This document shows, one piece after another, positions 62,501-64,000 of a stretch of 64,000 bases of DNA. The notes beneath the pieces were generated by a model, which did not search any database, was not told the origin of the DNA, and saw only the letters and a program-made list of their open reading frames with translations. Made by a program: the position numbers and the translations under genes. The DNA comes from an uncultured Candidatus Saccharibacteria bacterium (GTDB lineage: Bacteria; Patescibacteriota; Minisyncoccia; UBA6257; GWB1-50-10): positions 2,939 to 66,938 of the forward strand of contig CAYISA010000004.1 of the NCBI GenBank assembly GCA_964365955.1, written 5' to 3'. The first letter of the stretch is position 1. Every line of letters starts with the position of its first letter.

Positions 62501-63984
62501 CTACCACGGCGGAGCAAACGGCGGACACAACCGTGACAAGTAACATCGAATATATTCATACGGGAAGCGGGGGCGTTTCGGCGGAAGTTTACAGTCTTTT
62601 ACAGGATGAGTTGAAGAAACTACAGGATCAGTATCAGAAAGTCGCGGGATTAGACGACACGACGCCGCCGGTGATCGAAAGTGTGCGCAGCGAGGACGTA
62701 AAAGCATTCACAGCGTCGGTAAAGTGGAAAACCAATGAGCCCGCCACCTCATTTTTGGAGTATGGCGAAACAGCCGCTTATGGCCTGACCGCGGGTTCTC
62801 CCGAGTTGGTGATGGATCATGCGTTTGGATTGAAGAGCCTAAAATTGGGGACTACTTATCACTTCCGCGCCATCTCGGCGGACAAAGCCGGCAACCGAGC
62901 CACATCGAACGACTATACATTTACCACGCAGTTCGCGGCAGAGGCGGCCGAAGATCTGGTTCGTACGGGTGACATCGAACAGTTTCAGGACAAGCTAGAA
63001 AAAATTATCGAGTCCATGACGCCATCGCTCGTCCCGCCAATTATTTTGGAAGTGAAAGTTGCGAGTACCACGGAAACAAGCGCGGTTGTCACATGGAGAA
63101 CAAATATCGACAGCACGTCAATTGTGGCGCTCGCGGAGGGAGAAAAATATAAAGCGGATACAACGAATCCCTACACGTCGGAGTTCGTAAAGACGGGGGA
63201 AAAATCAAAAACACATGCCGTGGAACTGCAAGATTTGAAGGTCGGGGCAACCTATCATTTTCAGGTTAAGTCGCAGAATGTTTTGGGTGTCGCGGGGAAG
63301 GGGAAGGACATGATTTTTAGCACAAAATTTGGCAAGCCGGATCTTGTGATAGCGAACGTGGGTCAGGTTCAAGCGAACATAAAATGGACGACGGATCGCA
63401 AGACAACGTCCTACGCGGAATATAAAGAAGTGAAGACCGGAAAAATTATGCGCGCGGGCGACGATATTTTAACGGGTGTACACATTTTACAACTGGGGGG
63501 TCTTGCACAGGACACCACCTATGAAGTGCGCGGATATGGTACGGATGAAAGAGAAAACACATTGGAAACCGTTACACGCAGATTCCGAACGCTTATTGAT
63601 ACCAAACCACCAACTGTTTCGGGCGTAAAGATCGAAAACGCCATCATGCCAAACCGCACCGACCGGCTTCAGACCATTGTGTTTTGGAAAACCGATGAAC
63701 CCGCCACATCCCAGATCTCCTATCAAGAAGGCATCGGGCAGGGGAACGTCCTATCCCAACAGTCGGTACTGGACACCGATCTGGTGACCGATCACGCCGT
63801 CATTTTAACCACCTTTAAACCGTCCACCGTTTACCGCGTACAAGTAACTTCCAAAGATGCCAGTGGAAATGTGGGGACTTCGAAGATACAATCGATTCTT
63901 ACGCCGCAAAAAGGAGAGTCCATCATCGATATCATCTCGCGCAACTTCGAACAGTCATTCCAGTGGCTCAAACAACTCCGTTAA
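56533..63984 (+). CDS. Giant secreted/surface protein: signal peptide, FG-GAP/VCBS-like beta-propeller repeats, tandem Calx-beta domains, multiple fibronectin type III-like domains
   Basis: 2483 aa. Signal peptide MRKFRSVFAFIFILLLSPGFGSPKIAEA. DxDxDG repeats (DIDNDGDLD, GDVNHDGLFD, ADINRDGWDD, GDINGDGDTLD). At least 8 Calx-beta-like units with DYT...GTLTFS.GQT...I..D..YE.DE.F. C-terminal third built of repeated ~100-aa TxxTAxIxWTT...TTYYxKVxSxDxxGN FN3-like modules. Confidence 0.7.
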   Translation: MRKFRSVFAFIFILLLSPGFGSPKIAEAATYTFTQTNWSGSADTPGSPTILLNGPNNTGATSFATSSSNITRSATAVTTQFATGSITQTDDTTSVTGFNYTGKTFTSTTISGTGSAAKIILGTALYPKADMVRGNQGGLFAYYANSAGTFGSGSFFGPDAGSQTNPELVDIDNDGDLDIIYSISTQNPNIGVLENQGTAQSSNFVSVTTLSKLGSVAANYDMNVLESKVGVGDVNHDGLFDIVIGKNGGQLDLLLNVGTLGSPSFSLTTFWLNAFDFGTGIDPSFADINRDGWDDLILGESTGKLNVYYNTKNTATVHTLFSTTPSLANWLCGTGQICDVGSDSSIDFGDINGDGDTLDLAVGNNGGSGGGYVYFYLHTSSTHTWASSQNLSINDYPLAPALGDLNNDLNYYGNGSYTSGVLDTGQAATFSTVSFVSSTPANTQLSIQLRAGNVATVDGTWTGWQALSGSGATVPVGLNSATHRYVQYQAIATTTNALVTPSLDSITINYGWQRNDYLISNIFDASSTYNFLTSLTWNESPSSNNAVAVSLRSSSTSAWLNSAATSTAWVDFTSSTAGRTLTTSTLGGTTTSISIAAISSLRTGNDDRFFQYKFSFTTNSTSTPTISYMRVGFAVNAAPGVSIANAYQSTSTDSTWGKVYTTYTVTDTDTPAPRVTSTLQYSTGTAWSTFGTVANTVSYTTTTIWLATTTVPNTYASAMQIRVTVNDGESVNATTTATSSAFEFDSKRPTISTFQLNSQTDRLTISSSDNTTTTMHFYDSVTDTGWIAATTSRAWTPVLSSDNTELVNLQVRDYYGNISTSSAKAPAAPAGVTITDTSTGGTWSERINWTAYTTATSGVAFSKYQVYRATSSGGTYSQIGVDIVDSAINFYVDSGLSTTTTYYYKVAVIDSDGDASNFSSIVYDQPDAGTSVQFSSASATGGEGTSAVTVLIALSGVSMSPVTVNYAVVTASSTATGGGVDYTFTNGTATIAAGATSTSVALTIANDEIYEGDETVVLALTSPSGATLGTNTSYTYTITDSSSPPAVTFSTSSSNINEGFSGTFSVRLSAASGVTTTVPFTVSSTATNYTITPSPVVISPSATSSTITITTTDNNTYTGNKTVIATMGTPINANAGSPAVHTATIIEATQTPVLSIGNASQNEGNSGTSTMSFTVSLTDASAQTITVDYTTADGTATAGSDYTAATGTLTFSPGQTSKTVSITIFGDTIYEGNETFTVTLSNASPTSTPISTAIGTGTILNDETISTIQFNGVNISNSETTTSYSIPLVLSPASGSTVTVSYATSGTAVPTTDYTLTTASPVSISAGATTSSINLTIVDDSLYSGDRTLALTLSSPSSNAQLGASTTFSYTIQDDETMPQATISSASTTEGNSGTTTLTFPVILSGGSRSTTTVAYATANGTATAGSDYTAATGTLTFSPGQTSQSINVTIIGDIHYESDETFAVTLSSPSGITIAQGTATGTIVNDDSQPSLAINDVVATTEGNSGTSQMTFTVTLSGTTSGTTTVAFTTVDGTATVANNDYTANSGTLTFSSGQTTKTIDVTIAGDTTYEADEVFNVVLSNPSGAVLGDDTGLGTITNDDTAPTIQFGVQSSNGRESSTTVSVAVSLSAPSSQNITVSFAATGGTATVVDDYSLASSSITIPAGSSQGTFTLTVVNDELQEPDETVILTLSSPINATLGSVQTYTYTIVNDDVISAVTISSVYSTIAKVTWTTTLAGTTVVQYGLSIDNLNLTKSYNDSVTSHIAYLANLSPGTTYYLKVISVDTTGATNTDDNHSAGYTFTTNNGAVITGVGSANVRDVTADITWTTSKAATAGVFYSTTSSLANSTEVSTTTIPQENYTQTIYLTGLTPQTTYFYKVRSIDTDGNIAEEWNSGAYYSLTTTADQTPPVISNIQTPVRTLDSIVVTWQTNEGATGIVNYGTSTGSYPSSTTLDSSLSTTHSAVLLNLTGNITYYYTITSADTLGNSTTTAEQTADTTVTSNIEYIHTGSGGVSAEVYSLLQDELKKLQDQYQKVAGLDDTTPPVIESVRSEDVKAFTASVKWKTNEPATSFLEYGETAAYGLTAGSPELVMDHAFGLKSLKLGTTYHFRAISADKAGNRATSNDYTFTTQFAAEAAEDLVRTGDIEQFQDKLEKIIESMTPSLVPPIILEVKVASTTETSAVVTWRTNIDSTSIVALAEGEKYKADTTNPYTSEFVKTGEKSKTHAVELQDLKVGATYHFQVKSQNVLGVAGKGKDMIFSTKFGKPDLVIANVGQVQANIKWTTDRKTTSYAEYKEVKTGKIMRAGDDILTGVHILQLGGLAQDTTYEVRGYGTDERENTLETVTRRFRTLIDTKPPTVSGVKIENAIMPNRTDRLQTIVFWKTDEPATSQISYQEGIGQGNVLSQQSVLDTDLVTDHAVILTTFKPSTVYRVQVTSKDASGNVGTSKIQSILTPQKGESIIDIISRNFEQSFQWLKQLR

Positions 63985-64000
63985 TTCTTGACTTTTTACG

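Overview
This 64 kb window is a gene-dense bacterial chromosomal segment of about 50% GC, mostly on the + strand. Its gene content suggests a small-genome Patescibacteria/CPR-like organism, which is an inference. It carries a type IV pilus module (pilB, pilC and two prepilins, one with a LamG-like domain). Next to it is a three-part GtrA/GtrB/GT-C glycosylation module with galT and an orphan VirD4/TraD-like ATPase. Core genes follow: tpiA, a SEDS protein, mltG, rpoB-rpoC, rpsF-ssb-rpsR, parAB, rplJL, mraZ-rsmH-ftsL-ftsI-murF, gyrB, secE-nusG-rplK, gatB, miaA, thrS, dnaE, rnhB and a MacB/FtsX-type ABC pair. The window ends in a 2483-aa FG-GAP/Calx-beta/FN3 surface protein. Three tRNAs are present: Leu-CAA on the minus strand, Val-CAC and Glu-CUC. 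No CRISPR array or rRNA is present. The standout is a complete diversity-generating retroelement (DGR) at 11.9-14.4 kb. It has a target gene with a C-terminal variable repeat (VR) and a template repeat (TR) whose 24 mismatches against the VR all lie at TR adenines. It also has an Avd-like accessory gene on the opposite strand and a reverse transcriptase carrying the DGR-type LGxxxSQ and YADD motifs. Secondary observations are a low-GC one-gene insertion beside tRNA-Leu, putative MraZ operator repeats, an rplJ leader attenuator, a (TC)7 microsatellite in a divergent promoter, and a rearranged ribosomal-protein gene order (rplK not followed by rplA).
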